A stretch of 64,000 nt of DNA from Occultella glacieicola (GCF_004353825.1 NZ_SMNA01000007.1:124001-188000); one strand, 5' to 3'. Positions 39,732 to 49,810 are shown, counted from the first letter of the stretch. Notes: generated by a model from the sequence alone, not told the origin. Program-made: numbers and translations.

Positions 39732-41339
39732 ATGACCACCATGAAGATCGCGGGGACACTCCTCGCAACCGACGCGGGCGACCGCACCCTGACCTACCTC
39801 CTGGCCCCGTTCGGCGAGCCGGGCCGCACGAACCTCGGGAAGGTCACCCTGACCGCGTCGTCCTTCACGGTCCCCGAGGACGTGACCGACCTCGGCATCA
39901 ACGTCGAACACGAACGCACGACGCCGGTCGCGAAGTTCGCCCGGGTCGAGGCGACCGACGCCGGCTATGAGGCCGACGTCCGGTTCCTCGCCACGAGGGC
40001 CGGTGACGACGCCCTGACCGAGGCCCGCGAGGGTGTCCGCAAGGGCATCAGCGTGGAGGTAGACCAGCCGGTGATCCGCGACGGGAAGATGCTCGCCGGC
40101 CTGCTCTCCGGGGCCGGCCTGTGCGTCACCCCGGCGTTCACCTCCGCGCAGCTCGTCGCCGCCGACGCCGGGGAACTGCCGGACCACATGGCCGACACCG
40201 ACTCCGAGACCGTCTCCACCGAGACGATCACGATCGACGGCAAGGAGTACGTCCGCAAGACCACGTCCAAGTACACCTCCGAGACCACGCCCGTGGCCTC
40301 GGCCGACGACCCCACCGAGGGCGACGATGAAGGAGACAACACCATGGGTGACACCACCCTCGCCGCGTCGGCCCCGGCCGGCGGCCCCGCCGCGATGCGC
40401 GGCAAGTCCGGCCCGAAGATCGATTCGGCCGAGTCGCTGTTCGCGACCCTCGCGAAGGCGTTCGCGGCCGACGACCGGCAGATGCTCGCCGCCCTGGACC
40501 AGGGCATCGCCGCCGACCTCGCGTCGGCGCAGCAGCCGCAGTGGGCCGGTGAGGTGTGGGCCCGCCGCACGCACCGTCAGCGGTTCATCCCGCTGTTCAC
40601 CTCCGGGCCGCTGAACGCCCTCAAGATCACCGGGTGGAAGTTCGCGCCCCGGTCGGGCACGGCGCCGCAGCCGCCGGCCACGCCGACCGTGGCGACCTAC
40701 GCCGGCTACCCGGCCGAGCCGAACTCGACCGAGGTCAAGACCGGGCCGGTCACGATCACCGCGTCCCGGCTCGCCGGGGCGAACGAGTTCGACCGGGCGT
40801 TCGTGGACTTCGACACCCCGGAGTTCTGGGCCGGGTTCTTTCGTGAGTCCGCGAACGACCTGTCCCGCAAGCTCGACACGGCGGCCGAGACGCACCTGTT
40901 CACCTCGGGCAACTACGTCGAGGTCGACGGCGGGACCGTCCCGTCCGGGGTCTCGACCGCCGCGGCCTACATCGTGGACGGGGTCCTCGCGATCCAGGAC
41001 GTGGCCGTCCCGGACTTCGCGGTCATCGGTGTGGACCTGTGGCGTGAGTTCGCCCTGACCCGCAAGGACGACGCCCTGGAGTACCTGAGCGCGATGCTCG
41101 GACTCGACCCCGCCGAGGGCCGGTTCGACACGTTCAAGTTCATCCCGTCCAGCCACGCCAGCGTGGCCGGGTCCGTGCTCGTCGGAGCGTCCGACTCGCA
41201 CACCTTCTACGGCCCCAAGACCGTCCGGGCCTCCACGGTCGACATCGCCAAGGGTGGCGTGGTGGAGGGCCTGTTCGGGTACTACGCCGCGAACACCGGC
41301 TCCGACAGCGCGTTCGCCCTCGTCGCCGCCGCCGCGTGA
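39732..41339 (+). CDS. Capsid maturation protease-major capsid protein fusion
   Basis: N-terminal HK97-type protease (NVEH, GISVE, TPAF), acidic linker, capsid-sized C-terminal domain. Confidence 0.85.
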   Translation: MTTMKIAGTLLATDAGDRTLTYLLAPFGEPGRTNLGKVTLTASSFTVPEDVTDLGINVEHERTTPVAKFARVEATDAGYEADVRFLATRAGDDALTEAREGVRKGISVEVDQPVIRDGKMLAGLLSGAGLCVTPAFTSAQLVAADAGELPDHMADTDSETVSTETITIDGKEYVRKTTSKYTSETTPVASADDPTEGDDEGDNTMGDTTLAASAPAGGPAAMRGKSGPKIDSAESLFATLAKAFAADDRQMLAALDQGIAADLASAQQPQWAGEVWARRTHRQRFIPLFTSGPLNALKITGWKFAPRSGTAPQPPATPTVATYAGYPAEPNSTEVKTGPVTITASRLAGANEFDRAFVDFDTPEFWAGFFRESANDLSRKLDTAAETHLFTSGNYVEVDGGTVPSGVSTAAAYIVDGVLAIQDVAVPDFAVIGVDLWREFALTRKDDALEYLSAMLGLDPAEGRFDTFKFIPSSHASVAGSVLVGASDSHTFYGPKTVRASTVDIAKGGVVEGLFGYYAANTGSDSAFALVAAAA

Positions 41340-41373
41340 CCGACCGATGAGCGAACCGGGAGGAGGTGAACAG

Positions 41374-41715
41374 GTGGTGGACTGGTTGACACCCGTGGAG
41401 GTAGTCACGGATGCGTACTGGCCGTCGTGCCCGTTGGTGCCCGCCGACGAGGTCGATGCCAAGGCGCTGGACCGCCTGCTCACCTCCGCCCGGATCCAGT
41501 GCGAGGAGTTCGCGCCCACCCTCGCCGAGGGTGCCGACGTCCCGGAGAACTGGCGGCTCGCGCAAGCATTCCAAGCCCGGGCCCTGTACCGGTCGGCCCG
41601 GGCCGGGTCTCAGGACCGGCTCGGGGAGGACGGGCTGGCCGTCACCGTGTTCCCGATGGACTGGACCGTGAAGAACCTCCTGCGGCCCAAGCGCGGAAAG
41701 TTCGTGGTCCGATGA
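41374..41715 (+). CDS. Head-to-tail adaptor
   Basis: GGAGGTG RBS; ARIQCEEFAP and FPMDWTVKNLLRP; alternative start 41347. Confidence 0.7.
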   Translation: MVDWLTPVEVVTDAYWPSCPLVPADEVDAKALDRLLTSARIQCEEFAPTLAEGADVPENWRLAQAFQARALYRSARAGSQDRLGEDGLAVTVFPMDWTVKNLLRPKRGKFVVR

Positions 41716-42080
41716 GCCTCGCGACCGACGTCGCCGACGACCTCCGGGTGCGCCTCGGCAAGCCCTACGTAGTGAGGGGGTTCCTGCCCACGGTCGACGC
41801 AGTCCCCCACCCGACCGTCGCGGTCTGGCAGACCCGAGTCGTGAAGGCCCCGCTCCTCGGGCACAACGTCCTCCAGTTCGAAATCACCGTCCAGGTGATC
41901 GTCGGGGAGGAGGACATGGCCGCCGCAGACCGCGCCCTCGACGTCGCACTACTGGACGTCCTGGACGCACTCCAGCGGATCAGTCTCGTGGACTGGACCG
42001 GGGCCGACCGTGTCGTCCGTGAGGACGCTCACCACGCCTACAACATCAACTGTCAAGCCCTCGCCAAGATCGGAGAATGA
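41712..42080 (+). CDS. Tail terminator-like protein
   Basis: 122 aa; synteny; ATGA overlaps. Confidence 0.6.
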   Translation: MSLATDVADDLRVRLGKPYVVRGFLPTVDAVPHPTVAVWQTRVVKAPLLGHNVLQFEITVQVIVGEEDMAAADRALDVALLDVLDALQRISLVDWTGADRVVREDAHHAYNINCQALAKIGE

Positions 42081-42505
42081 CCATGGCCGTCGTGCCCATC
42101 ACCAGCCCGTACTCCCTCAAGAACGCCGCCCTCACCATCGACGTGGACGACTTCACCGCCGCTGTCTCCCAGGTCCAGTTCAACCCGCGCACCCAGTCCT
42201 CGACCTGGCGCGGCATCAGCGGGAACACCATCCGCGACCAGGCCGTGGCCGAGTGGGACTGCCAGCTCGGCCTCGCGCAGGATCTCGCCCCCAGTGGTCT
42301 GCTCCGCTACCTCCTCGACCACGACGGCGAGCAGAAGGACGTCGTGTTCACCCCCGTCGAGACCGAGGGCGGGAACGACCTCACGATCGAGGCGACCCTG
42401 GTCATCAGCGCGGCGACCATCGGTGGCACCGCCGGAGCGGACGTGACGACCGCGACCGCGACGTGCGCGGTCATCGGCAAGCCCGAGTTCGTCGACCCGA
42501 CCTGA
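42077..42505 (+). CDS. Major tail protein
   Basis: 142-aa beta-rich protein; synteny; TIGG motif. Confidence 0.75.
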   Translation: MTMAVVPITSPYSLKNAALTIDVDDFTAAVSQVQFNPRTQSSTWRGISGNTIRDQAVAEWDCQLGLAQDLAPSGLLRYLLDHDGEQKDVVFTPVETEGGNDLTIEATLVISAATIGGTAGADVTTATATCAVIGKPEFVDPT

Positions 42506-42527
42506 CCGTCAACTGAGGGTTGACGTC

Positions 42528-43046
42528 ATGTTGAGCGTGGAGGACCACCGCGAGCTGCAAGCTGCTGTGCTCGCGTTGAAGGCTGCCCCGCGTGCGCTCA
42601 GGACGGCGATCAACAAGACCACCCGGGAGACGATGAACCCGGAGTGGAAGGCCCTCGTCTCGGCGAACGCATCCGGCCTCCGGAACCCCGGGAGCCGGGT
42701 GCTCACGTCCGGGGCGAAGATCAAGGCCGGTAACCCTCCGGTCGCGCAGGCCGCGCAGTCCCGCCGGGGGATCGGCGAGGGCAAGCGGCTCGTCCCGAAC
42801 GAGCACTACTTCCTGTGGGAGTTCGGTGTCGGGAACCCGGAGAAGGTCTCGACCTACACCCGCAAGTCCAAGAACGGCGGCACCCACCAGGTGCGTCGCC
42901 GCACGAACCGGGGCAAGCCGCGCCTGGTCAAGGCGGGCCGAGTGTTCTACCCGGCGTTCGCTGAACTCGCACCCCGCATGGTCTCCCTGTGGGTGCAGAC
43001 CATCGTGAAGATTTACGCCGACGCACTGGAGGGGAACCGTGGCTAA
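42528..43046 (+). CDS. Basic virion-assembly protein (HK97 gp10-like?)
   Basis: Arg/Lys-rich; FLWEFG; lies between major tail and tape measure genes. Confidence 0.55.
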   Translation: MLSVEDHRELQAAVLALKAAPRALRTAINKTTRETMNPEWKALVSANASGLRNPGSRVLTSGAKIKAGNPPVAQAAQSRRGIGEGKRLVPNEHYFLWEFGVGNPEKVSTYTRKSKNGGTHQVRRRTNRGKPRLVKAGRVFYPAFAELAPRMVSLWVQTIVKIYADALEGNRG

Positions 43047-44613
43047 GGGCCTCAACCTTGAGTTCGTCGCCGACGTCCGCCGCTTCATCGCCGGCACGGA
43101 CGACATCGAACGCAGCCTTGACGAGGTCTCCGACTCGCTCGACACCATGGCCCGCGACGCCGACCGGGCCGGCGACAAGGTCAGCGACTCCCTGGAGCAG
43201 GTCGGCGACGACGCGAAGGACGCCGGCCGCGACCTCGAGCGCGGCCTGGAGGACGGCACCGACGCAGCCGCCGACGAGGCCACCCGCCTGGAGCGCACGT
43301 TCAAGGACACGTTCGACACGGTCAAGCGTGAGTCCAAGGGTGCCGGTGACGACGTCTCCCGGAACACCAAGCGCGGCATGGACGACGCCGCCGACTCCAC
43401 CGAGACCTTCAAGAACGAAGCCCGGCAGAACCTGTCCGAGTCCGTGTCATCGTTCCGTGGCGACGTCGAGGACATCCCGCAGCTCGTCCAGGACGTGTTC
43501 GGCGGGGTCGCCGCCGACCTCGGCCCCGCCGGCCTGATCGGCGGCACCCTCGTCGCCGCCGGCATCGGCCTCGGCGTCGCCTACCTCCAGGGTGCCGCCG
43601 AGAAGGCCGAGGAACTGAAGGACCACACCATCGACCTCGCGAAGCAGATTCAGGAGGTCGGCGGGGACCTGAACCGGCTCGACCTCGGCGCGATCTTCGA
43701 TGACTGGGCGTTCGCGATCGGCGACACCAAGGAGTTCTGGGAGGTCTGGCAGAACGCCCCGATCACGAACGTTGAGCAAATGGCGACTGCGATGGACGCG
43801 CTCGGGGTGTCGGCCACCGACATGTATGCCGCACTCACCGACCCCAACGGGCCCGAGGGGCAACGCATCCTTGAGCAGATCATCGACACCCTCGCGAACA
43901 CAGGCGGCATGTCCGACGAGACCACGAACGCGCTCGTGCACATGCGCGACGCGATCCGCGACGGGAACCTGTCCCTGGAGGACGCCACCGAACTCCAGCA
44001 GACCTACCAGGCCGCGATCGAGGGAACCACGGTCGAGGCGATCAAGGCCCGGGAGGCGGAGGAGGAGCTACGCGAGGAGCGGGAGACTTCCCGCGACGTG
44101 CTGTTCGGGTTGAACGACGCCACCGCCGGGTACTACGAAGCGCTCCAGGCCGCGAACGAGGCCCTGTCCGAGAATGGTGCCGGGCTGAACCTCGCCACTG
44201 AGCGGGGCCGCGAGAACCAGGCCGCGCTCGACGCGCAGGCGCAGGCGTCCTACGACTACATCCAAGCCCTGATCGACTCCGGTGCCGCCGAGGACGACGT
44301 GACCACCGCCGTCGACCAGCACCGTGCCGCGCTCCGAGAGCAAGCCACACAGATGGGCATGACCGAGACGCAGGCGCAGACCTACATCGACACCATCCTC
44401 GGCACCCCGAGCAACATCAACACCACGTTCAACGTGACCGACAACGGCACCGCCGCCGCGACCGAGCAGCGGATCAACAACATCCCGTCCAGCCTCCGCG
44501 TGCCCGTGAACGTGGACGGGGCCGGCCTCCAGGGCCAACTGGACGAGCAGCTCCGCCGCCTCCGCGTCAACGCGATTCAGGCACCCCTACGCATCGGGAC
44601 GAGGGTGGCGTAA
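43039..44613 (+). CDS. Tape measure protein
   Basis: 524-aa helical Ala/Asp-rich protein; GRENQAAL; synteny. Confidence 0.85.
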   Translation: MAKGLNLEFVADVRRFIAGTDDIERSLDEVSDSLDTMARDADRAGDKVSDSLEQVGDDAKDAGRDLERGLEDGTDAAADEATRLERTFKDTFDTVKRESKGAGDDVSRNTKRGMDDAADSTETFKNEARQNLSESVSSFRGDVEDIPQLVQDVFGGVAADLGPAGLIGGTLVAAGIGLGVAYLQGAAEKAEELKDHTIDLAKQIQEVGGDLNRLDLGAIFDDWAFAIGDTKEFWEVWQNAPITNVEQMATAMDALGVSATDMYAALTDPNGPEGQRILEQIIDTLANTGGMSDETTNALVHMRDAIRDGNLSLEDATELQQTYQAAIEGTTVEAIKAREAEEELREERETSRDVLFGLNDATAGYYEALQAANEALSENGAGLNLATERGRENQAALDAQAQASYDYIQALIDSGAAEDDVTTAVDQHRAALREQATQMGMTETQAQTYIDTILGTPSNINTTFNVTDNGTAAATEQRINNIPSSLRVPVNVDGAGLQGQLDEQLRRLRVNAIQAPLRIGTRVA

Positions 44614-45980
44614 TGGCGACCAGGACCAACCTCATCCGGAACCCCTCAGCCGAGATCGACACCGCGAACGCGTCGCAGAAGGGCGAGTTCTCAAGCACGC
44701 TTGCGCGTTCCACGGACCGGGCGTGGACCGGCATCGCCTCGTTCAAGGTCACCTCTACCGGTATTGGGCAACTAGAGCACAAGAAGCAGCTCGGTATGGC
44801 TGCCTGGGTTGACCCGGTTGCACCCGGAACCACGGTCAATGTCAAGGCGCGCATCTACGTTCCCGGCACCAACCAGCACGGTCCGAGGTATGTGTTCTGG
44901 TACCACCACCATCCCGCCACTGAGACACACAGTGAGGGATGGGTCTATGCCGGCAGTGACGGGGATATGCAGGTGAACACCTGGATAACCCACGACAGGA
45001 CGATGACCTCCGAGGTCTACATGATCGACGGCTACGCCGTCGTGGTCACGAACGACAGTGATGGGCCTTGGGCCGCCGCCGACGTTGTTTACTTCGATGG
45101 GCTCCAGGCCGAACTCGGTACCGAGTCCGGGGAGTACTTCGACGGGGACACCCTCGACACCCTGGAGTACGCCTTCAACTGGTCCGGCACCCCGCACAAC
45201 TCCGAGTCCACCATGGACTGGATCGGGCCTACCCTGTTCACCGCAACACCGGACCCGGCCAACGGGAACATCCTCCTGGACATCACCCCGGGCACCAGCT
45301 CGACCGTGGACGCGATCACCCGCACCGACGCCAACGGAACGCACCCGGTCCGGCTACTGCCGAACCAGCTGCCGACCCCGTCGCAGCTCATCGTGCGCGA
45401 CTACGAGGCCGCCCTGACCGGCCCGGTCACGTATACCCTGACCGGTGCCGGTGGTTCCCAGGTGACGACGTCCCTCGGGTCGGATCACCCGTGGCTGTTC
45501 GTGCCCGTCTATCCGCAGTTCTCCGCCGCCGTGGAGTCCGTCACCGGGTACACCTCGGACCGGGCCACCCAGACCACCGTGCACCAGGTGATCGGCCGCC
45601 CGGACCCGCTCGTCACGATCGGTCGCCTCCAGACCAGGGCCGGGACCCTGGAGATTTGGTGCGCCTCCCACGCCGACGCGCTCACCGTCCAGAACGTCTA
45701 CAGCCTCGGGCACGCCGTGATGCTCCGCCAGGTCGAGCACGCCGGCCTGGACATGTACCACTTCGCCCGGGCCGTCACCGTCGACCCGTTCGCCCCTCAG
45801 GGTGCCCGCACCCGGTGGCGGGTCGCGGTCGACTACGTCGAGGTCAACCGTCCCACGGCCGACCTCGCCGGTTCCCTCGGGTGGAACTACTCCGAGCTGG
45901 CCGCCGCGCACACGTCCTACTTCGAAGTCGCGTTCACCTACGCGGACTACAACGCCCTCCTAGTCGGACCACTCACATGA
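44613..45980 (+). CDS. Minor tail protein (carbohydrate-binding-like N domain plus distal-tail-like domain)
   Basis: RTNLIRNPSAE...YFDGLQ...YFDGDT...WSGTPHNSES module. Confidence 0.75.
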   Translation: MATRTNLIRNPSAEIDTANASQKGEFSSTLARSTDRAWTGIASFKVTSTGIGQLEHKKQLGMAAWVDPVAPGTTVNVKARIYVPGTNQHGPRYVFWYHHHPATETHSEGWVYAGSDGDMQVNTWITHDRTMTSEVYMIDGYAVVVTNDSDGPWAAADVVYFDGLQAELGTESGEYFDGDTLDTLEYAFNWSGTPHNSESTMDWIGPTLFTATPDPANGNILLDITPGTSSTVDAITRTDANGTHPVRLLPNQLPTPSQLIVRDYEAALTGPVTYTLTGAGGSQVTTSLGSDHPWLFVPVYPQFSAAVESVTGYTSDRATQTTVHQVIGRPDPLVTIGRLQTRAGTLEIWCASHADALTVQNVYSLGHAVMLRQVEHAGLDMYHFARAVTVDPFAPQGARTRWRVAVDYVEVNRPTADLAGSLGWNYSELAAAHTSYFEVAFTYADYNALLVGPLT

Positions 45981-47107
45981 CCGCCCCGTTCATGGAGCAG
46001 GCCGCCACCGCGATCAACGAACCGATCACGCACGTGTGGCGGATCGAGGCGTGGCCTCCCGGCGCGACCGAGGGCATCCCGTTGGCCGTGAACAACGGCA
46101 CCCTCACCTACGACGAGGCGTGGGCCCCGCACGTGCAGGCGTCCCTGCAATGCCAGGTCCCGACCGACCAGGCCACCCTCGACGCCCTCGACCCCCGAAC
46201 CAACTGCCGCATCCATATCTACCTCGGGTACGTCTACCAGCGCGGCACCGAGGACGTGCACCTCATCGCCGACCTCGGACTGTTCGCCCGGACCGTGAAC
46301 CGGCCGCAAAACACCATGGACCTGTCGGCGATGTCGGACGAGATACGCCTACTCTCGAACGCCTGGTTGGGTGGTGCCCAACCGCCCAAGACGGGTGCCG
46401 CCGAGGCCCTCGTCTGGACGATCAACGCCGGCCTTGACCCGATCAACGCGGGCAGCATCGACACGCAGATCGGAACCGAGGTCGCGGCCGACCAGCTCAC
46501 CGAACTCGCGATCGGGTACGGCGACTCCTACGGGTCGCTGTTCACCACCATTCAGGACTCCACCGAGACGTGGGCCTACTGCCCGGGTGCGGTCGCCGGG
46601 CACTGGGTGATCCGATACCGGCCCACTCTGGCGGGCCGCTCGGCAGCCCAGTTCACCACGGGTCCCGGTGGGAACGTGTTCGAGTCCGAGGCCGACCTGT
46701 CCCGCGAGGACTGGCACAACGCGGTTCTCGTCCGGCACCGGTGGAAGGACACCGGCGGCACCGATCACGAGGTGCGCGGCATCGCGGTCATCAACTCCGG
46801 TGCCCATGGGGCCGTCAGTGTCGGCCGTCACGTCCTGACCATCGACCGCACCACGCCGACCAGCCAATCCGCCGCCGACGCCGCGGCCGCCGCGAAGGTC
46901 CGCCGCACCATCAGCCGAGGGCGTCAGTTCAATGTCAGCGTCCCGGCCGCGTACTGGGTGCGCCCCGGTCACACCGTGACCATCCAGTTGCCCACAGGCC
47001 CGCAGGAACGCCACCTCGTGGCATCCGTCGAGTTCCGGTTCCCCTCTGGGGACATGTCCGTCCGAACCCGCGTCCCCGAGAACGTCACCATCACGGAAGG
47101 TGAATGA
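45977..47107 (+). CDS. Minor tail protein (hub-like)
   Basis: ATG 45977 overlap; LTYDEAWAPHVQA and YWVRPGHTV. Confidence 0.75.
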   Translation: MTAPFMEQAATAINEPITHVWRIEAWPPGATEGIPLAVNNGTLTYDEAWAPHVQASLQCQVPTDQATLDALDPRTNCRIHIYLGYVYQRGTEDVHLIADLGLFARTVNRPQNTMDLSAMSDEIRLLSNAWLGGAQPPKTGAAEALVWTINAGLDPINAGSIDTQIGTEVAADQLTELAIGYGDSYGSLFTTIQDSTETWAYCPGAVAGHWVIRYRPTLAGRSAAQFTTGPGGNVFESEADLSREDWHNAVLVRHRWKDTGGTDHEVRGIAVINSGAHGAVSVGRHVLTIDRTTPTSQSAADAAAAAKVRRTISRGRQFNVSVPAAYWVRPGHTVTIQLPTGPQERHLVASVEFRFPSGDMSVRTRVPENVTITEGE

Positions 47108-47110
47108 CCC

Positions 47111-47542
47111 ATGCCCAGCACACCCGCAGGACTGCCCTACCCGTCCGGGAACGACCAGCCCAACGTGCCCTACGACGTGCAGCAGCTCGCCGAGGCGCTC
47201 GACCCCATGGTCAACGACACTGGATGGGTGCCCATCGATGTGTACGCCGGCTACGAGACCAAGTCCGGGACCCCCGCCGTCCGACGCATCGGCCCCGTCG
47301 TGTACGCCCGGGGCGTGATCGGTCCCACGGCCGGCACCATGGCCGCCTCCCAGACCGTCTATATCGGGCGGGTGCCAGTAGGGTTCCGTGTCGCCGAGTC
47401 GCTCTGGTTCGCGGCCGGCACCACGGCGGGTCAGCCTGCCGCAACCCTGGTCCAACTCTCGGACGGGCAGATTCAGGCCCGGACGCCGAACCTCGCTGTG
47501 TCCTACGTGGGTCTGTCCAGCATGAGTTACCCGGTCGACTGA
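47111..47542 (+). CDS. Minor tail protein
   Basis: GLPYP, DTGW, RRIGPVVYARG and VPVGFR motifs. Confidence 0.7.
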   Translation: MPSTPAGLPYPSGNDQPNVPYDVQQLAEALDPMVNDTGWVPIDVYAGYETKSGTPAVRRIGPVVYARGVIGPTAGTMAASQTVYIGRVPVGFRVAESLWFAAGTTAGQPAATLVQLSDGQIQARTPNLAVSYVGLSSMSYPVD

Positions 47543-48270
47543 TGCGCACCCCAACCCAGGCCGTCGAGTGGGCGAACCGGGTCAAGGCCGGCTACTCCGG
47601 CTACTGCCTCCAGTTCGTCCGGTCCGCGTTCGGCGTCGCCGCGAAGCACGCCAGCGCGAAGGACGCGTGGCTCGCCACCACCCGCCGCCACACCGACCGC
47701 ACCCCACCCGCCGGGGTGCCCGTGTGGTTCTCGTTCGACTCCGGCGTGAACCGCAACTACTGGCACGTCGCGATCAGCCTCGGAGGCGGCCGCATCCGCA
47801 CGACCTCCTACCCCCGGTCCGGCGTCGTCGGCAACACCACCATCACCGGACTGGAAAAGGCGTGGTCCGGCGTCGGCACCACCTACCTCGGCTGGTCCGA
47901 GGACATCAACGGGGTCCGGGTCTACACCCCCGCCGCCCCGCCGCCCGCACCATCCGCCCCGAGTCCTGAGGAGGACGACATGCCCACAGTTGGAGAAATC
48001 TGGTCCGCCGAGTTCGGACGAGGAGACCGCCGCATCACTGCCGGCGACCTCATCACGCAGGTGGACGACATCCTCGCCGAGGTCGCCGACCTCCGCGTCG
48101 AGGTAGGCAACATCACCAAGATCGTCGCGAGCCTCGACACCAGCGAATCCAGGGTCAAGCAGCTCTACGACCGCCGCACCTCGATCGACAAGATCGGGCC
48201 GCTGCTCGACCGGGTCGACGCCCTCGCCGACCTGGTCGAGAAGGCCCTCACCAACAACCGGGAGGTCTGA
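47542..48270 (+). CDS. Endolysin (CHAP/NlpC-P60-like Cys-His peptidase plus C-terminal helical domain)
   Basis: GYCLQFVR, WHVAISLGGG and YLGWSEDING; Pro-rich linker. Confidence 0.85.
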   Translation: MRTPTQAVEWANRVKAGYSGYCLQFVRSAFGVAAKHASAKDAWLATTRRHTDRTPPAGVPVWFSFDSGVNRNYWHVAISLGGGRIRTTSYPRSGVVGNTTITGLEKAWSGVGTTYLGWSEDINGVRVYTPAAPPPAPSAPSPEEDDMPTVGEIWSAEFGRGDRRITAGDLITQVDDILAEVADLRVEVGNITKIVASLDTSESRVKQLYDRRTSIDKIGPLLDRVDALADLVEKALTNNREV

Positions 48271-48272
48271 CC

Positions 48273-48470
48273 ATGGACGAGTACACACCCAAGGTCCCCG
48301 ACCGGGTCCGCACGTGGGCCTACGGCGTCGGCATCGGCCTCGGCCTCGGTGCCGCACCCGCGCTGCTCGCCCTCAACCAGCCGGCCCTCGCCGGGGTCGC
48401 CGCCGCCCTGGCCGGCGCAGCGAACGCCCTCGCGTTCGGCTACCGACCCACCCGGCCCAGCGCAAGCTAA
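48273..48470 (+). CDS. Holin
   Basis: 65 aa, two hydrophobic segments, follows the lysin; GGAGG RBS. Confidence 0.7.
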   Translation: MDEYTPKVPDRVRTWAYGVGIGLGLGAAPALLALNQPALAGVAAALAGAANALAFGYRPTRPSAS

Positions 48471-48712
48471 TGAGTGTCCAGGGTGAGGGGAGCATCCCGC
48501 TGCCGACGCGCCTGGAGCGGATCGAGAAGAACCTGTCCGAGGTCCTCGAAACCGTCCAGGCGCTCGACGGCCGGGACAAGGCCGACCTCGTCCGCTACGA
48601 GCACCTCGCCGCCCGTGTCTCCGCGCTGGAGTCGTGGCGCACGTGGCTCGAGCGGATCGTCGGTGGTGTCGTGATCCTCGCGGTCCTCGCGGGCGCGATC
48701 ATCACGCGATAG
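48470..48712 (+). CDS. Lysis-cassette membrane protein (coiled coil plus C-terminal TM)
   Basis: TAATG overlap; RVSALESWRTW...IVGGVVILAVL. Confidence 0.65.
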   Translation: MSVQGEGSIPLPTRLERIEKNLSEVLETVQALDGRDKADLVRYEHLAARVSALESWRTWLERIVGGVVILAVLAGAIITR

Positions 48713-49523
48713 CGAGGACGGTTCGGCGTAGCGCGTCGTCGGGGACCTGGACGTAGACCCGGGTGGTCACCGGCGACGCGTGGCCCAGTAGTGTCTGCAC
48801 ACTCAGTAGGTCCCGGTCGACCCCATAGGCCCGGGTCGCGAAACGATGCCGCAGCGCGTGCATGGTCACGTCCTCGGGCAGGAGCCCGGTGACGAGTTTC
48901 CCGACCCACCTCGGCGAGAGGTGCCCGCCGTCGTCGCCCGGGAACGCCCACCCGCCGCCCGCGTTGTGGATCAGGGTCCGCAGCTCCAGCGCTAGCCCGG
49001 GGGAGAGCGGCACGGTCCTCTCCCGGGAGCCCTTCCCGTGCACGACCAGGGACCAGCCGCCGAGGTCCTCGACCAGGTCCCGGTGATGGACCTGTGCGAC
49101 CTCGGCGCGGCGTAGACCGGCCTCGGCCGCGAGGCGCACCATCACCCGTTCCCGAGGTCGAGCGACCCGCATCGCGAGGTCCACCGCCGTGTTCGACGCC
49201 GGCCTCGGTCGCGGCTCGCTCGCACGCACAGGTGCCAGCCCAGCGGCCGGCGACGTCGCCACCCGCCCCGAGGTGACGCCCCACGCGTAGAAGGACCGCA
49301 GCGAGGCGCGCACGCCCCGCCTCGTCTCCCTCGCCCACGTCCTCGACCCGGTCCACTCGACCAGGTCGTCCCCGGTCACGTCCCACGGCCCGCACGGTAT
49401 CGCCGCAGCGCACCAGCGCAGGTGCTCCCGCCGGGTCCCGATCGTCGTTTCAACTCGTCCGGCCGCTCGGAGCGACACGGTCCAACGGTCGATTGCCTCA
49501 CTCCATTGTGTGTTCATAGTCAT
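48702..49523 (-). CDS. int: Tyrosine integrase lacking an N-terminal arm-binding domain
   Basis: GLRRAE, HGKG, HALRH, LLGH and TRVY; 273 aa; ends LAIA. Confidence 0.93.
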   Translation of the reverse strand: MTMNTQWSEAIDRWTVSLRAAGRVETTIGTRREHLRWCAAAIPCGPWDVTGDDLVEWTGSRTWARETRRGVRASLRSFYAWGVTSGRVATSPAAGLAPVRASEPRPRPASNTAVDLAMRVARPRERVMVRLAAEAGLRRAEVAQVHHRDLVEDLGGWSLVVHGKGSRERTVPLSPGLALELRTLIHNAGGGWAFPGDDGGHLSPRWVGKLVTGLLPEDVTMHALRHRFATRAYGVDRDLLSVQTLLGHASPVTTRVYVQVPDDALRRTVLAIA

Positions 49524-49525
49524 CG

Positions 49526-49810
49526 CTATCGGCCGATCGTGACGGCTTGTTCGTGGTCAACCCGGGGTTGACGGCCCCATCGCTTGTGGGCGGCCTGCTT
49601 GGTCGTGCCGGTCGCGGCCCCGATCTGCTCCCAGGTGGCCCCGTTCGCGTGGACCGACCGTGCCGCGTTGTCGATCGCCTCGTCCACGGCCGCACGCAGC
49701 GCGACCAGGTCGGCGAGGTCCTCCGGGTCCGCGAGGGCCATGCGCCGCGACGCGGCCCGCAGGATGCGACGCGTGAACGCCATGAACTCGGCGTGGTCCC
49801 CGCCGCCCAT
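49526..49810 (-). CDS. Small HTH DNA-binding protein
   Basis: GATWEQIGAATGTTKQAAHKRW. Confidence 0.75.
   Translation of the reverse strand: MGGGDHAEFMAFTRRILRAASRRMALADPEDLADLVALRAAVDEAIDNAARSVHANGATWEQIGAATGTTKQAAHKRWGRQPRVDHEQAVTIGR

Noticed and set aside
41310..41339. Capsid C-terminus ALVAAAA as a degradation tag
   Set aside because: Terminal Ala runs are common in high-GC proteomes and nothing else supports it; the repressor case rests on the attP geometry
44613..47542. Diversity-generating retroelement or invertible tail cassette
   Set aside because: No reverse transcriptase, template/variable repeat pair or invertase with inverted repeats seen
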